This document shows, piece after piece, positions 1 to 10,451 of a stretch of DNA of 64,000 bases. Source of the stretch: Fibrobacteria bacterium. Its GTDB lineage: Bacteria; Fibrobacterota; Fibrobacteria; UBA11236. The notes under the pieces were generated by a model that made no database searches, was not told the origin of the DNA, and saw only the letters and a program-made list of their open reading frames with translations. The translations under genes and the position numbers were made by a program. The DNA is taken from contig JAYTHY010000042.1 in the NCBI GenBank assembly GCA_043732185.1, forward strand, positions 1 to 64,000, in the 5' to 3' direction. The first letter of the stretch is position 1; each line of letters opens with the position of its first letter.

Positions 1-60
1 GAAGAATTGAAGTCGGAAAAGACGCTTGATTTTGTGATCGGCTTTAAACGCGAGGCATGA
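1..60 (+). CDS. tig: Trigger factor, C-terminal end (partial, runs off the window start)
   Basis: Frame 1 reads EELKSEKTLDFVIGFKREA*, resembling the TF C-terminal 'EK.LDF' ending; sits in the canonical tig-clpP-clpX-lon position. Confidence 0.6.
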   Translation, partial: EELKSEKTLDFVIGFKREA

Positions 61-241
61 AATCAGCCGAGTCCTGCTAAACGGTTACTTTATGGAAACT
101 CCCGGCGCATCGCCGGGCGTCTTTCTAATCTGCCAATGGACACTGGAAATAAAGAACTGGTATCTTTCTCTGACGACAGGTAAAATGGAGATATGTATAT
201 TTTCTTCAACTCATCTCTAATATCGGGAAGATAGGTCGCGC

Positions 242-832
242 ATGTATATACCTACAGTCATTGAAACCACGGGCCGCTCCGAGCGCGTCTACGACATTTA
301 TTCGCGCTTGCTTAAGGAGCGGATTGTATTTATCGGTTATGAGATCAACGATGTGGTAGCGAATACCATCGTGGCTCAAATGCTTTTCTTGGAATATGAA
401 GATCCGGACAAGGACATCCTGCTGTATATCAACAGTCCTGGTGGCGTGGTGACTTCCGGGTTGGCCATTTATGATGTGATCAAATATGTGAAACCGGATG
501 TGCAAACCATTTGCGTCGGTTCCGCGTATAGCATGGGAGCGCTGCTGCTCGCCGCCGGCACCAAAGGCAAGCGCTATATCCTGCCTCATGGTAAAGTGAT
601 GCTGCATCAGCCCAGTGGAGGCGCTACGGGCCAATCTTCGGACATACAGATCCACGCCAAAGAAATTATTAAGACCAAGACGGAGTTGAACAAGATTCTC
701 TCCGAAGCGACGGGAAAAACCGAAGAGCAGATCGCTAAGGATACCGATCGGGATCATTACATGAGCGCGGAAGAAGCCGTTGCATATGGCGTGGTAGACG
801 AAATCTTCACCCGCAAGCGGAAGGTTCCTTAA
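242..832 (+). CDS. clpP: ATP-dependent Clp protease proteolytic subunit
   Basis: [21 protein letters not shown], catalytic Ser (AYSMG), His (MLHQP), Asp (DRDHYM). Confidence 0.97.
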   Translation: MYIPTVIETTGRSERVYDIYSRLLKERIVFIGYEINDVVANTIVAQMLFLEYEDPDKDILLYINSPGGVVTSGLAIYDVIKYVKPDVQTICVGSAYSMGALLLAAGTKGKRYILPHGKVMLHQPSGGATGQSSDIQIHAKEIIKTKTELNKILSEATGKTEEQIAKDTDRDHYMSAEEAVAYGVVDEIFTRKRKVP

Positions 833-836
833 AGTC

Positions 837-2093
837 ATGGCTCGAACAGGCAACGGCTACGGTTTAATCCGCTGTTCGTTCTGCGGTAAGAACGCGGAGC
901 AGGTGGAAAAAATAATCACTGGACCCTCGGTGCATATTTGCAACGAATGCGTGGCCATGTGCAATGATATTCTCACGGAAGCGAGCCAAAAGGAAGCACT
1001 GGTAACCCAGGGCGCGAATCCTACCGCCAGCCCCATGGATATCAAGCAGCATCTGGACGAGCATATCATCGGTCAGAAAGATGCCAAAGTTGCTTTAGCC
1101 GTGGCGGTATATAACCATTACAAGCGCATCGGGGCCCGCATGGGTGCGGATGGCGTCGAGGTGGAGAAGTCCAATATTCTTTTTCTGGGTCCCACCGGTT
1201 CTGGAAAAACCCTGCTCGCGCAAACTATAGCCAAATTCCTCAAAGTGCCGTTTACCATTGTCGATGCCACCATTTTAACCGAAGCGGGTTATGTGGGCGA
1301 GGACGTAGAAAACATCATCGTTAGGCTATTGCAGGCCGCTGATTATGATGTGGAGCTCACCCAACGCGGCATCGTCTATATCGATGAAATAGACAAGATC
1401 TCGCGCAAGAGCGCCAACCCTTCCATCACTCGCGACGTGTCTGGTGAAGGGGTACAACAGGGGCTCCTCAAGTTGTTGGAAGGCACGGTGGCGGCGGTTC
1501 CCCCCAAGGGCGGACGCAAACATCCTGAGCAGAACCTCATTCAGATCAACACCCGCAACATCCTATTTATCTGCGGCGGGGCATTTGAATCTTTGGATAA
1601 AATCATTGAACGGCGCACCCGTGCAAATGGGTTGGGCTTTGGCGCACCCATTGAATCCAAGGCGGATAAACGCATTGGCGAAGTGCTCAAGCAAGTGGAG
1701 CCCGATGACCTCATTCAGTTCGGGTTGATTCCGGAGTTGGTGGGACGGTTGCCCGTTATTACCGCATTGGAAGAGTTGCCCCGTGAAGCCCTGCTGGAAA
1801 TCTTGACCAAGCCTAAAAACGCCCTGGTCAAACAGTACTGTAAGCTTTTTGAGATGGATGATGTCCGTCTCAAGTTTCAGCCCGATGCCCTCGAAGCCAT
1901 TGTGGATCGCGCTATTAAGCGCAAAACCGGCGCTCGTGGCCTACGCTCTGTAATGGAAAACGTACTGATGAACATCATGTTCGAATTGCCCTCGCGTAGC
2001 GACGTTGCCGAATGCGTAGTGACGCGTGAAGTGGTCGAGCATGCCAAAGAACCTGTTTTCATCCTCAAAAAGAGCAAGAAAAAGTTAGCATAG
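837..2093 (+). CDS. clpX: Clp protease ATP-binding subunit ClpX
   Basis: N-terminal C4 zinc finger (CSFC...CNEC), Walker A GPTGSGKT, Walker [27 protein letters not shown] loop. Confidence 0.98.
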   Translation: MARTGNGYGLIRCSFCGKNAEQVEKIITGPSVHICNECVAMCNDILTEASQKEALVTQGANPTASPMDIKQHLDEHIIGQKDAKVALAVAVYNHYKRIGARMGADGVEVEKSNILFLGPTGSGKTLLAQTIAKFLKVPFTIVDATILTEAGYVGEDVENIIVRLLQAADYDVELTQRGIVYIDEIDKISRKSANPSITRDVSGEGVQQGLLKLLEGTVAAVPPKGGRKHPEQNLIQINTRNILFICGGAFESLDKIIERRTRANGLGFGAPIESKADKRIGEVLKQVEPDDLIQFGLIPELVGRLPVITALEELPREALLEILTKPKNALVKQYCKLFEMDDVRLKFQPDALEAIVDRAIKRKTGARGLRSVMENVLMNIMFELPSRSDVAECVVTREVVEHAKEPVFILKKSKKKLA

Positions 2094-2136
2094 ACGGATC
2101 TTTTTACTTTTCCAGGCGAACCCCCGGAGGATCTCC

Positions 2137-4680
2137 TTGGCAAAGCCCATTTCCCGCTCCAAAGCACCCGACCTGTTGAAGAAATCAGGTTCTAAAGAAG
2201 CGGCCCAAGCTACTCCGCCCGCAGAACCTGAAGTCCATTCCGAGGAAACCGCCAGCCAAGAATATCTCGAAACCTTGGCAAAAGGTTTGCCGGTTATTCC
2301 CTTGCGCGACATCATTCTCTTTCCCGGCACCGTAACACCCATATTACTGGGTAGACCCCAATCCTTAACCGCCATGATGCGGGCTTTGGAAAGTCCCACG
2401 CAACTGGCTTTTTTCGTCTTACAAAGGACGGCCTCGGAAGACGAAGTGGCGCCGGACTCGTTGCATAAAATCGGTGTGGTGGGTCGCATCGCTTCCTCAT
2501 TATCGCTCCCGAATAATCTTTCCAAAATCCTGGTGGAGTCTTTGGGCACGGCTGAAGTCACCGAGTGGCAAGGCCTTCAGGCAATGATCGTGGCGGCTTT
2601 AGTTCCGCGCAAAGCCACAGTCACGGAGGGTGAGTCACTTAAGCGTAGACTCGAATCTTTGCGGGTCATGTTCGCGGAGTACATTTCCCAAAATCCGGAT
2701 ATGCCGCGCGGCATCGGGGATTTGATCGACGGCCTTCCTGGACCGGAGGAGAAGATCTACGGAATGGCCAGCCACCTTAAAATCGCCGTGGAGCTAAAGC
2801 AGACGTTGATTGAAGAGGAGACGCTGGACGCCAAGCTGAATAGGATTCAGGAGTTCTTGCGCAATGAAGTGGACACGACCATGCTGGGCCGCCGACTGGA
2901 GCATGAAGTGAGGGCCGGAATTGCCCAGAGCCAACGCGAATATTTTTTAACGGAGCAGCTCCGTAAAATCCAATTGGAACTCGGTGCATTTTCCCCCCCA
3001 CTGAACCATGAACTGAAACAATTGGACGAGTCGGTAAAGTCTAAGGCCATGCCGGAAAAAATTCAATTGAGGGTTTTGGCTGAGCTCAAGAGATTGGAAT
3101 ATTTGAACCCGGCTTCGCCCGAGTACTCGGTGGTCCGCAACTATGTGGACTGGTTTTTAGCGCTGCCTTGGAATAAATATGCGGAAGACAATCCCGACTT
3201 GGCCAAGGTCAAACGTCAGCTGGACAAGGATCACTTTGGGCTGAAAGCCATTAAGGAACGCATCCTGGAGCATGTGGCGGTTTACAAACTGTCCAAGCAC
3301 AACAGCACGCCCATCCTGTGTCTTGTGGGCCCTCCCGGCGTAGGCAAAACATCGCTGGGCAAATCCATTGCCGCAGCCTTGGGCCGGGAATTTGTGCGCA
3401 TCTCCTTAGGTGGCGTGCGCGATGAGGCGGAAATTCGCGGGCATCGTCGAACCTATATCGGATCCATGCCGGGCCGCATTGTGCAAGCGCTCAAGAAATC
3501 CCAAAGCATGAATCCGGTCATCCTGCTGGATGAAGTCGACAAGATGGGCAGCGACTTTAGAGGCGATCCGGCTTCGGCCTTGCTTGAAGTGCTGGACCCG
3601 GAACAGAACCATGAATTCATCGATCATTTTATGGAAGTGGGCATCGATCTTTCAAAGGTCTTTTTTGTGACTACGGCCAATGTTGAGGAGCAAATCCCCG
3701 CGCCCTTACACGATCGGCTGGAAGTCATCCGTATTTCCGGGTATTTCGATTCCGAAAAACTGCAAATCGCCAAGGGTTATTTGGTACCTAAAATCCAGTT
3801 GGCATCCGGCCTCGTGGACAGCCAGTTCCGTCTCGAAGATTCGGTTCTCTCCATGCTCATCCGGCGCTACACGCGCGAAGCGGGCGTCCGGCAATTGTCC
3901 CGGCAAATCGCAAAAATAGCGCGCAAGCGGGCGCGGCAGGTGGTGGACGCGGAGGCCCGCACCAAAGGCAAGCCCAAAAAATCCGTGCTACTGCCCATTG
4001 GCAAGGACTCGCTGCTCGATTATCTCGGTGTACCTATTCGTCAGGAACGTATCGTGCCGGATACCTGTGGCCCTGGCGTGGTGACGGGTTTGGCGTGGAC
4101 ACCGGTGGGTGGAGAAATTTTGCGCGTTGAGTGCACGTTACTGTCTGGAAAAGGCCGTCTCAATCTGACCGGTCACTTGGGTGAAGTGATGAAGGAGTCG
4201 GCGCAAATTGCCTTGACCTTGGTGCGGGAACGCGCTAGCCGCTATGGTGTCGATCCCGCTATTTTTCATAAGACGGACATCCATCTGCATGTACCGGAAG
4301 GATCCATTCCCAAAGACGGGCCTTCAGCTGGTTTGGCCATAACCTTAGCGCTGATATCCGCCATGACTCGGCAAAAGGTGGACCCGAAGATTGCCTTTAC
4401 CGGAGAGGTTTCTTTGGTGGGAAAGGTGCACGCTATCGGTGGATTGCCGGAAAAAGCCCTTGCCGCACTTCAGGCCGGGGTAAATCGGATCATGGTGCCG
4501 GAGGAAAACAATCCGGAAATTCGTGAACTTCCACCTGAAGCCAAAAAGGGCCTTAAAATCCAAACCGTGGATCATATCGACAAAGTACTGGCGGTATTGT
4601 TTAAACAAAAGACTATGCCCAAAGGCTTACCGTCACAGGCTAAGGACAACACTGCCCGGGCCAATGCCACTGAGTCGTGA
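2137..4680 (+). CDS. lon: Lon protease (endopeptidase La)
   Basis: TTG start after GGAGG; Walker A GPPGVGKT, RGHRRTYIG, catalytic PKDGPSAG and IGGLPEK. Confidence 0.97.
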   Translation: MAKPISRSKAPDLLKKSGSKEAAQATPPAEPEVHSEETASQEYLETLAKGLPVIPLRDIILFPGTVTPILLGRPQSLTAMMRALESPTQLAFFVLQRTASEDEVAPDSLHKIGVVGRIASSLSLPNNLSKILVESLGTAEVTEWQGLQAMIVAALVPRKATVTEGESLKRRLESLRVMFAEYISQNPDMPRGIGDLIDGLPGPEEKIYGMASHLKIAVELKQTLIEEETLDAKLNRIQEFLRNEVDTTMLGRRLEHEVRAGIAQSQREYFLTEQLRKIQLELGAFSPPLNHELKQLDESVKSKAMPEKIQLRVLAELKRLEYLNPASPEYSVVRNYVDWFLALPWNKYAEDNPDLAKVKRQLDKDHFGLKAIKERILEHVAVYKLSKHNSTPILCLVGPPGVGKTSLGKSIAAALGREFVRISLGGVRDEAEIRGHRRTYIGSMPGRIVQALKKSQSMNPVILLDEVDKMGSDFRGDPASALLEVLDPEQNHEFIDHFMEVGIDLSKVFFVTTANVEEQIPAPLHDRLEVIRISGYFDSEKLQIAKGYLVPKIQLASGLVDSQFRLEDSVLSMLIRRYTREAGVRQLSRQIAKIARKRARQVVDAEARTKGKPKKSVLLPIGKDSLLDYLGVPIRQERIVPDTCGPGVVTGLAWTPVGGEILRVECTLLSGKGRLNLTGHLGEVMKESAQIALTLVRERASRYGVDPAIFHKTDIHLHVPEGSIPKDGPSAGLAITLALISAMTRQKVDPKIAFTGEVSLVGKVHAIGGLPEKALAALQAGVNRIMVPEENNPEIRELPPEAKKGLKIQTVDHIDKVLAVLFKQKTMPKGLPSQAKDNTARANATES

Positions 4681-5408
4681 GCGTGTCCGCGAGTTTAAAA
4701 GACAATTTTCACTCCGTGGAACAGCGCATTCATGCGGCCTGTGCCCGCGCCGGTCGCGATCCGGCTGAAGTGCGCCTTATCTGGGTGAGCAAGAATCATC
4801 CTCAATCCCGTGTCCTGGATGCAATAGCGCTTGGCGCACGCTTTTTTGGTGAGAATCGGCTGCCAGAAATTCTGGAAAAGTTTCCCTTGCCCGGCGTTCA
4901 AGAGCTGCACTTTATCGGTCGGTTGCAAACAAACAAAATCCGTAAGCTGCTGCCATTGGTATCGGCCATTCACTCCGTCGATTCCTTGGATCTCCTGCTG
5001 GCGGTGAATCGTATTGCCGGTGAACTGGGGTTGTGCCCGGACATTTTTCTCCAAGTCAATACCTCGCGTGAGGCGGCAAAAGGGGGCTTTGAACCGGACG
5101 CACTTCCTGGAGTGCTGGCGGCCCTGCCCACCCTTCCCCATCTGCATCTGGTTGGGCTTATGACCATGGGACCTGTTGGTACGATGGAGCCTAGCCCAGA
5201 AGCCCTCACAGGTGATGAAGCTGCCCGCCTCTGCTTCCGGGAGTTGGCAAACCTGCTAAAAGCCTGTCGAAGGCCAAGCGGTCCGTTAAAAGATCTCGCA
5301 TGGTTGTCTATGGGCATGTCCGGTGATTTTGAGGTGGCGATTGCCGAGGGTGCCCATTTTATCCGCATTGGAACGGGTCTTTTTGGAGAGCGGGAACTGG
5401 TAAAGTAA
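4677..5408 (+). CDS. yggS: PLP homeostasis protein YggS/PROSC family
   Basis: VSK (PLP Lys), FGEN, HFIGRLQTNK, LSMGMSGDF, IRIGTGLFG; start overlaps lon stop. Confidence 0.92.
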   Translation: MSVSASLKDNFHSVEQRIHAACARAGRDPAEVRLIWVSKNHPQSRVLDAIALGARFFGENRLPEILEKFPLPGVQELHFIGRLQTNKIRKLLPLVSAIHSVDSLDLLLAVNRIAGELGLCPDIFLQVNTSREAAKGGFEPDALPGVLAALPTLPHLHLVGLMTMGPVGTMEPSPEALTGDEAARLCFRELANLLKACRRPSGPLKDLAWLSMGMSGDFEVAIAEGAHFIRIGTGLFGERELVK

Positions 5409-5487
5409 CCGGATTCAATACCCCACGCTGGTTTGTATGACTATTTTTAAGCCATAGTTAGAATTAGAAAGTCAATCTGGAGCCGGC

Positions 5488-6063
5488 ATGATTACACCCT
5501 TGGATATCAAAAAACATGAGTTTTCTACTCGTTTCAAGGGCGTGGATCCGGATGAAGTCCGAGCGTTGCTTGAAACCATCGCCAAGGATTTTGAGGAATT
5601 GACCCGGCAGAACACGCAGCTTTCCGAACGCCTTAAAATCGCCGAGGAGCGTTTGAATCATTATCGCCTCATTGAGAAAACCCTACAAGATGCTGTGATT
5701 ACAATTCAAACCACTTTGGAGGAAAAGCGCAAGGTTGCCCATCAAGAAGCGGAAGCCATCATCACCGATGCCCGCCTTAAGGCTAATGGCGATCTTTTAG
5801 CCTCACGCGAACAAGTGGCGACGTTACGCAGCGATATCCATATTCTGGAAAACCAGAAGATGCAGTTCTTTGCCCGTTTCCGCAGCCTATTGCGCAGCCA
5901 AGCCCAAATTTTAGATGCCATGATGGAAACGGAAGAGCGTGAAATGTCGCCACAACCAAATGTAACGCCAGTCACGACACCACCTTCAATCCCAACAGAA
6001 ATACCGGGAATTCCGCGCATCCCCGCATCCGAAGCGGTGGATACTCGCTGGGCCCGTAAATAG
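5488..6063 (+). CDS. divIVA: DivIVA domain protein
   Basis: ITPLDIKKHEFSTRFKGVDPDEVRALL N-terminus followed by coiled coil; typical yggS neighbour. Confidence 0.85.
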   Translation: MITPLDIKKHEFSTRFKGVDPDEVRALLETIAKDFEELTRQNTQLSERLKIAEERLNHYRLIEKTLQDAVITIQTTLEEKRKVAHQEAEAIITDARLKANGDLLASREQVATLRSDIHILENQKMQFFARFRSLLRSQAQILDAMMETEEREMSPQPNVTPVTTPPSIPTEIPGIPRIPASEAVDTRWARK

Positions 6064-6093
6064 TCCAATCAATCCCTTTTAGAAAGGAAAATA

Positions 6094-6246
6094 ATGTCAT
6101 TGCCCGGTTCAAGTACAGGTTCAAAAATTTTCAAAACCCTGGGATTTCTAGCCATCATTGGAGTTGTTTTTACTCTGGCTCGCTTGGTGATCAAGGGAAT
6201 TCGCAGTGCAGATCAAACACCTGATGGAGATCAAGACGGGGTATAA
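6094..6246 (+). CDS. Small single-TM membrane protein, 50 aa (below the ORF-track cutoff)
   Basis: SD-like AGAAAGGA upstream; MSLPGSSTGSKIFKTLGFLAIIGVVFTLARLVIKGIRSADQTPDGDQDGV*. Confidence 0.6.
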   Translation: MSLPGSSTGSKIFKTLGFLAIIGVVFTLARLVIKGIRSADQTPDGDQDGV

Positions 6247-6360
6247 TTTCCTTAGTAGAGCGTTTTATTTTACCTATCCGCATTTTTCCTTCCAAACCAA
6301 ACAAACTGGATTGAGTGTTCAATACCGATATTGAACGAGTACGAGTAGGAATGCGAATAG

Positions 6361-6392
6361 GAAAAATAGCGGGTAAGCAAGGCCTTACCCGC
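6361..6392 (-). terminator. Rho-independent terminator of the minus-strand isomerase gene
   Basis: Stem GCGGGTAAG/CTTACCCGC (6369-6392) followed on the minus strand by TATTTTTC, just after the stop at 6401. Confidence 0.65.
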
Positions 6393-6400
6393 AGCGGGGT

Positions 6401-7435
6401 TTAGTTCCAGCCGTGCTTTTCGCGCACCTGCGACATCGCTCCTAAAATATTGTTCCACGTGCTCGGCAATTCCATAACCGCATTCGGGAACATGCAGCCG
6501 TCCCAGCACATATGCGCGATGTCAATATGTTTGCCCGCTTCATCTCTAAGCCAGAAACCGGCGTGGTAGGGGATGTCCAGTTTGCCGTTTTTATCATCGG
6601 CTAAACAGTGGCGGCCGGTTTTGTCATGGGAACCGGATCCGAATACGGAGGCGTCGTTTTGAGCCACGTGGAAGTCCTTGACCCAGGGCCTAAGCTTGTT
6701 GGTCAAGTCTTTATAACCCTTGTCATAAGCGGATTTTTCCCAATTAAAACCCTTGGGAACCAGGGAGTCTTCTTCTGCGTTATAGCCGAGCATGAACAAC
6801 AACGTATGCGCCATGTCCGCCTGAATGCCAATCGTCTTTTGCATATCCACGCCGTTCAATAATTCCAGCAGGGATTTCCATCCATGCATTCCACCCCAGC
6901 AGATTTCGCCTTCGATGGCCAATTTTTCGCCGAAGCTTTCGGCAATTTTCCCGGCTTCTTTTATCGTGGCAATGTTTCTTTTTTGGTTTTCGATCGGGTC
7001 CTTGGCGAAGTTGGACGGGCTGTTGGCCGTATCGATACGGATTACACCATATTTACGGATGCCGATGTCCTTCAGCTTTTTACCGATAGCGCAGGATTTC
7101 TTAATCACGTCCAAATAGTTTTTTCGATCTTCGTCGGAGCCGAAAGCACCGCCGCCGCCCCAAATAGGCGCAACCAGCGAGCCGATGGCCAGATTGTGGG
7201 CAGAAAATTTGTCGGCCAATTTTTTAAGATCATCATCGGAAGACGCCAAATCAACATGCGGGGCGGCCAGAAACAAATCCATGCCGTCAAATTTGACGCC
7301 GTTTACATCGGCTTTGGCCGTGAGCTCCATCATTTTATCTTGGGAAATGATCGGGTCTGCGCCGGGTTCTTTGCCCCCTTTGCCGACGAGTCCAGGCCAT
7401 GCTGCGTTATGTAATTTCGGATATGCGTTTGCCAT
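6401..7435 (-). CDS. Sugar phosphate isomerase/epimerase, xylose-isomerase-like TIM barrel
   Basis: Likely start MANAYPKLHN at 7435; metal-ligand pattern AIEGEIC, ADMAH, DFHVAQND, CWDGC. Confidence 0.8.
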   Translation of the reverse strand: MANAYPKLHNAAWPGLVGKGGKEPGADPIISQDKMMELTAKADVNGVKFDGMDLFLAAPHVDLASSDDDLKKLADKFSAHNLAIGSLVAPIWGGGGAFGSDEDRKNYLDVIKKSCAIGKKLKDIGIRKYGVIRIDTANSPSNFAKDPIENQKRNIATIKEAGKIAESFGEKLAIEGEICWGGMHGWKSLLELLNGVDMQKTIGIQADMAHTLLFMLGYNAEEDSLVPKGFNWEKSAYDKGYKDLTNKLRPWVKDFHVAQNDASVFGSGSHDKTGRHCLADDKNGKLDIPYHAGFWLRDEAGKHIDIAHMCWDGCMFPNAVMELPSTWNNILGAMSQVREKHGWN

Positions 7436-7757
7436 AATAATTCCAATCTTTTTTTGTGATGGATTTTCGAGCCAGAAAAAATAGTAATGAAAAAGTCGAA
7501 ATTGAAAATAAGCAATTCCAATATTTTTGCCCACTCTAAACACGCCGGAAAATCGTTGAAACATAGAGATAAAACGCCTCGCGTTTATATTGCTTAACGG
7601 GTTTGAACTGCCACCTTGGCCAAAAGTGTGGCATTGGGGCTGCAAAACTCAAAACCGTTGTACTTTTGAAGTCCACCAATGCGTCCCCTACCTTTATCCT
7701 TGACGTGCCGACCGTATCGTTGATAGAGTCGATTTCTAGCAGAGAAGGTGGCTTGGC

Positions 7758-9698
7758 GTGAATTTCAGGACCAAACTCTTCTTAACCCTTTCAGCATTCC
7801 TATTGCTTGTGGGCATTGCGATGGTTTTTGTCGTTCAATTCCCCATCACCGGCCTATTATCGGAAAAAATATTGGATTTGCCCGCGCTTCTGGCTTTGCA
7901 TGTCAATGTTGAAAAAGTTGACGCCACCGCTTCTGGCAAAGTGACCTTGCACGGTCTGTCCGTTATGGGCAAGGAAGTTCTGTATATCCCCACTGTGACA
8001 CTTATGGTAAATCGCCAGCAATTGATCCACGGACGCATTTCCATAGAATCCCTGCACGCGGACACTTTGAAAACAAGTCTGTTCGGGGTTGAGAAAATAA
8101 AAGATAGGATGACTGCGGATCAGGCCACCTGGTTCCACTCCAAGCTGATTCACTTACAGAAAACGCCCGTGTCGGTAACCGCGCTTCGGAATATTTCTGG
8201 CGCGCCATGGTCTGCGGGAGAAATTAAAATCCGTTTCGACAGTGTCTTCACAGGTGGTGTGGTGGGACGGGTTCAGTTACAGCGTGCCTCGGTCGGCAAT
8301 TATCCCGCTGTAACTGCTCTGGAGCTAAAATTCCATTCTAACTCCACCGCATTGGCTCTCGACTTTGTCCGGGGTCAATGGGCTGGCGGGTTCATTCGAG
8401 GGGATTTGGACGTGAATTGGAGCGATGCTGTGAATCCATTTCAATGCCAGATGGCCTTTCGTCAAATAAATCTCGCACGCTTCAAAACTTTGCCCCTTAT
8501 TGCTAGGTCCAACATAGAAGGAATCGCTCAAGGAAAAGTGAATCTCAAAGGGAGCCTGAATCGACTGGACGATATTCAAGCAGACGGGAGTTTGAAAGTC
8601 CTCACAGTTAGCCTGAAAGACTTGCCCTTTCAGCGCGGAGCGCTTGTCGAAAAGTATTTACCCGAAATCACAGAGTTGCGATTACAAGCGCTGGAGTTTT
8701 CGGGGATTTCCATAAGAGAAAACAGAATCGAAGTGGCCAATCTAAAGGGACAGGGAGATTTATTTTCTTTTTCCGGTCATGCCAGTCTGGACGAGCATGG
8801 AATCCACTCCGTTTCACTGGACTGTAATTTGGATCAAAAATATTTTCAGCGATGGAGTCCATTTCTCAGCGACGTGGGAATGCTGAAGATTCAAATCGAT
8901 AGGTCGCGTTCGGGAGGCCTATCGGGGCGGGTTAAGGCGCCTCGCCTCGGCTTGAATGGTTTGCCGGACGCGGAGGGTCTGGACCTTAAATTCACTTTGG
9001 ATTCCAAATCCCTGATTGTTGAAAATGCGCGGTGTAAATGGGCGGACGGTACTATCCAAGGCAGCTTTGGCGTCGATCACAGCGACAGCGATTTTCCCTT
9101 CCATGGTCGTATCGATCTCCAAAAAATAAATTTACGTCGACTTACCGCACTGGGGTTTTTTGGACATGCGAGCGTAGATGGGATTTTGCTGGGAAAAGTG
9201 AGCGTTGCAGGTAAGTTGACCCGTATGCAGGACGCTCAAGTCGCAGGGAATATTAAAATAGCCAAAGCAAGGCTGAAAAAATTTCCCGTTCAGCAGGACA
9301 AGTTGATACTCAATTATTTGCCGGACTTGAAGGATATACGATTAAACTCGCTGGAAGTTTCAGACTTTTCTTGGAAGGAAAACCAGATACTATTGACCAG
9401 TCTGCGCGGACAAGGAAATCCGTTATCCTTCACGGGACATGGCCGTGTGGGACTTCATGGCCTGCATTCACTTCGCCTCAATTGCGCCTTTAATCCAAAA
9501 TATTGCCGGAAATTAAACCCCATCATTCGCGGAGCTTTTGTGGTGAATGGTAGAACGCTTCCCCGCATTCCTTGTGCCATCAAAGGCGATTTGCATGAGC
9601 AAACCTTGGTTGTGGACAAGGCTTTCAGCCGGGTGGTTGGAGCGATTATGAGGAGTGTAGGAAAGGGTATTCTCGACGAGTTTGATCTAACGGACTAG
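7758..9698 (+). CDS. AsmA/TamB-like beta-rich envelope protein with N-terminal TM anchor and internal duplication
   Basis: N-terminal TM helix; amphipathic beta-strand pattern; two ~220-aa similar repeats. Confidence 0.55.
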   Translation: MNFRTKLFLTLSAFLLLVGIAMVFVVQFPITGLLSEKILDLPALLALHVNVEKVDATASGKVTLHGLSVMGKEVLYIPTVTLMVNRQQLIHGRISIESLHADTLKTSLFGVEKIKDRMTADQATWFHSKLIHLQKTPVSVTALRNISGAPWSAGEIKIRFDSVFTGGVVGRVQLQRASVGNYPAVTALELKFHSNSTALALDFVRGQWAGGFIRGDLDVNWSDAVNPFQCQMAFRQINLARFKTLPLIARSNIEGIAQGKVNLKGSLNRLDDIQADGSLKVLTVSLKDLPFQRGALVEKYLPEITELRLQALEFSGISIRENRIEVANLKGQGDLFSFSGHASLDEHGIHSVSLDCNLDQKYFQRWSPFLSDVGMLKIQIDRSRSGGLSGRVKAPRLGLNGLPDAEGLDLKFTLDSKSLIVENARCKWADGTIQGSFGVDHSDSDFPFHGRIDLQKINLRRLTALGFFGHASVDGILLGKVSVAGKLTRMQDAQVAGNIKIAKARLKKFPVQQDKLILNYLPDLKDIRLNSLEVSDFSWKENQILLTSLRGQGNPLSFTGHGRVGLHGLHSLRLNCAFNPKYCRKLNPIIRGAFVVNGRTLPRIPCAIKGDLHEQTLVVDKAFSRVVGAIMRSVGKGILDEFDLTD

Positions 9699-9764
9699 CC
9701 CTGACGCTACGCCTTGTTTTTTACCTTTTCGGCTTTAGAATTTCACCCTCAGCAAGGAGCTTTT

Positions 9765-10313
9765 ATCTCAAACGTATTACCAGACGGCGTCTACGCAGAG
9801 TTCGATACAACCAAAGGCATCATTACCGTGGCGCTTGAATTTGAAAAGACCCCAATTACCGTTTCCAATTTTGTCGGTTTAGCGGAAGGAACAAAAAAAT
9901 CCAATAAGCCAGCCGGTGAACCTTTTTATGATGGACTTAAATTTCATCGGGTCATCGCCAATTTCATGATTCAGGGCGGCGATCCTAAAGGCAATGGCAC
10001 TGGGGGACCCGGTTATGAATTCCAGGATGAGTTCCATCCCAGTTTAAAGCATGATAAGGCCGGCACGCTTTCCATGGCCAATGCAGGACCAGGCACCAAT
10101 GGCAGCCAGTTCTTCATCACTCATGGACCTACACCGCATCTGGATGGCAAGCATAGCGTTTTCGGCTATGTGGTGTCCGGGCAGGATATCGTAGATGCCA
10201 TCAGCATGAAGGATTGCATCGATAGCCTCCGCATCATTCGCGTTGGGGCCAAGGCTAAGAAGTTCAAAGGGGATGAGGAAAGCTTTATCGCGGCCGTCAA
10301 GAACGCGTCCTAG
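9765..10313 (+). CDS. Cyclophilin-type peptidyl-prolyl cis-trans isomerase
   Basis: [43 protein letters not shown]; start uncertain (ATC at 9765 after AAGGAG, or TTG at 9714). Confidence 0.92.
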   Translation: MSNVLPDGVYAEFDTTKGIITVALEFEKTPITVSNFVGLAEGTKKSNKPAGEPFYDGLKFHRVIANFMIQGGDPKGNGTGGPGYEFQDEFHPSLKHDKAGTLSMANAGPGTNGSQFFITHGPTPHLDGKHSVFGYVVSGQDIVDAISMKDCIDSLRIIRVGAKAKKFKGDEESFIAAVKNAS

Positions 10314-10451
10314 ACTCCTGATGATGGGCCTTGCAGGTTGTTTTTTGCCTGCTTGGCTTGTCTGAAATAGCCTGATTCCGAACGGCAATCGCACAGAAAT
10401 ATCCGCCTACCCAGGGTAGATTTTTCTGTATCAGGAAATGAGGCAGCGGTT

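Noticed and set aside
206..853. Long antisense ORFs (this one opposite clpP; others such as 29990-30745 and 49144-49899)
   Set aside because: Shadow frames of well-supported genes on the other strand, with no recognisable motifs
242..4680. Functional linkage of the clpP-clpX-lon operon to the eCIS because of proximity
   Set aside because: This is the standard housekeeping operon 16 kb away; proximity is not evidence for the ClpX-mimic hypothesis
6335..6363. Degenerate hexamer run (ACGAGT ACGAGT AGGAAT GCGAAT AGGAA)
   Set aside because: Too short and degenerate to call a repeat family; no spacers, so not CRISPR
7436..7645. 70-aa N-terminal extension of the isomerase ORF
   Set aside because: AT-rich, promoter-like intergenic sequence; family-like sequence begins at MANAYPKLHN
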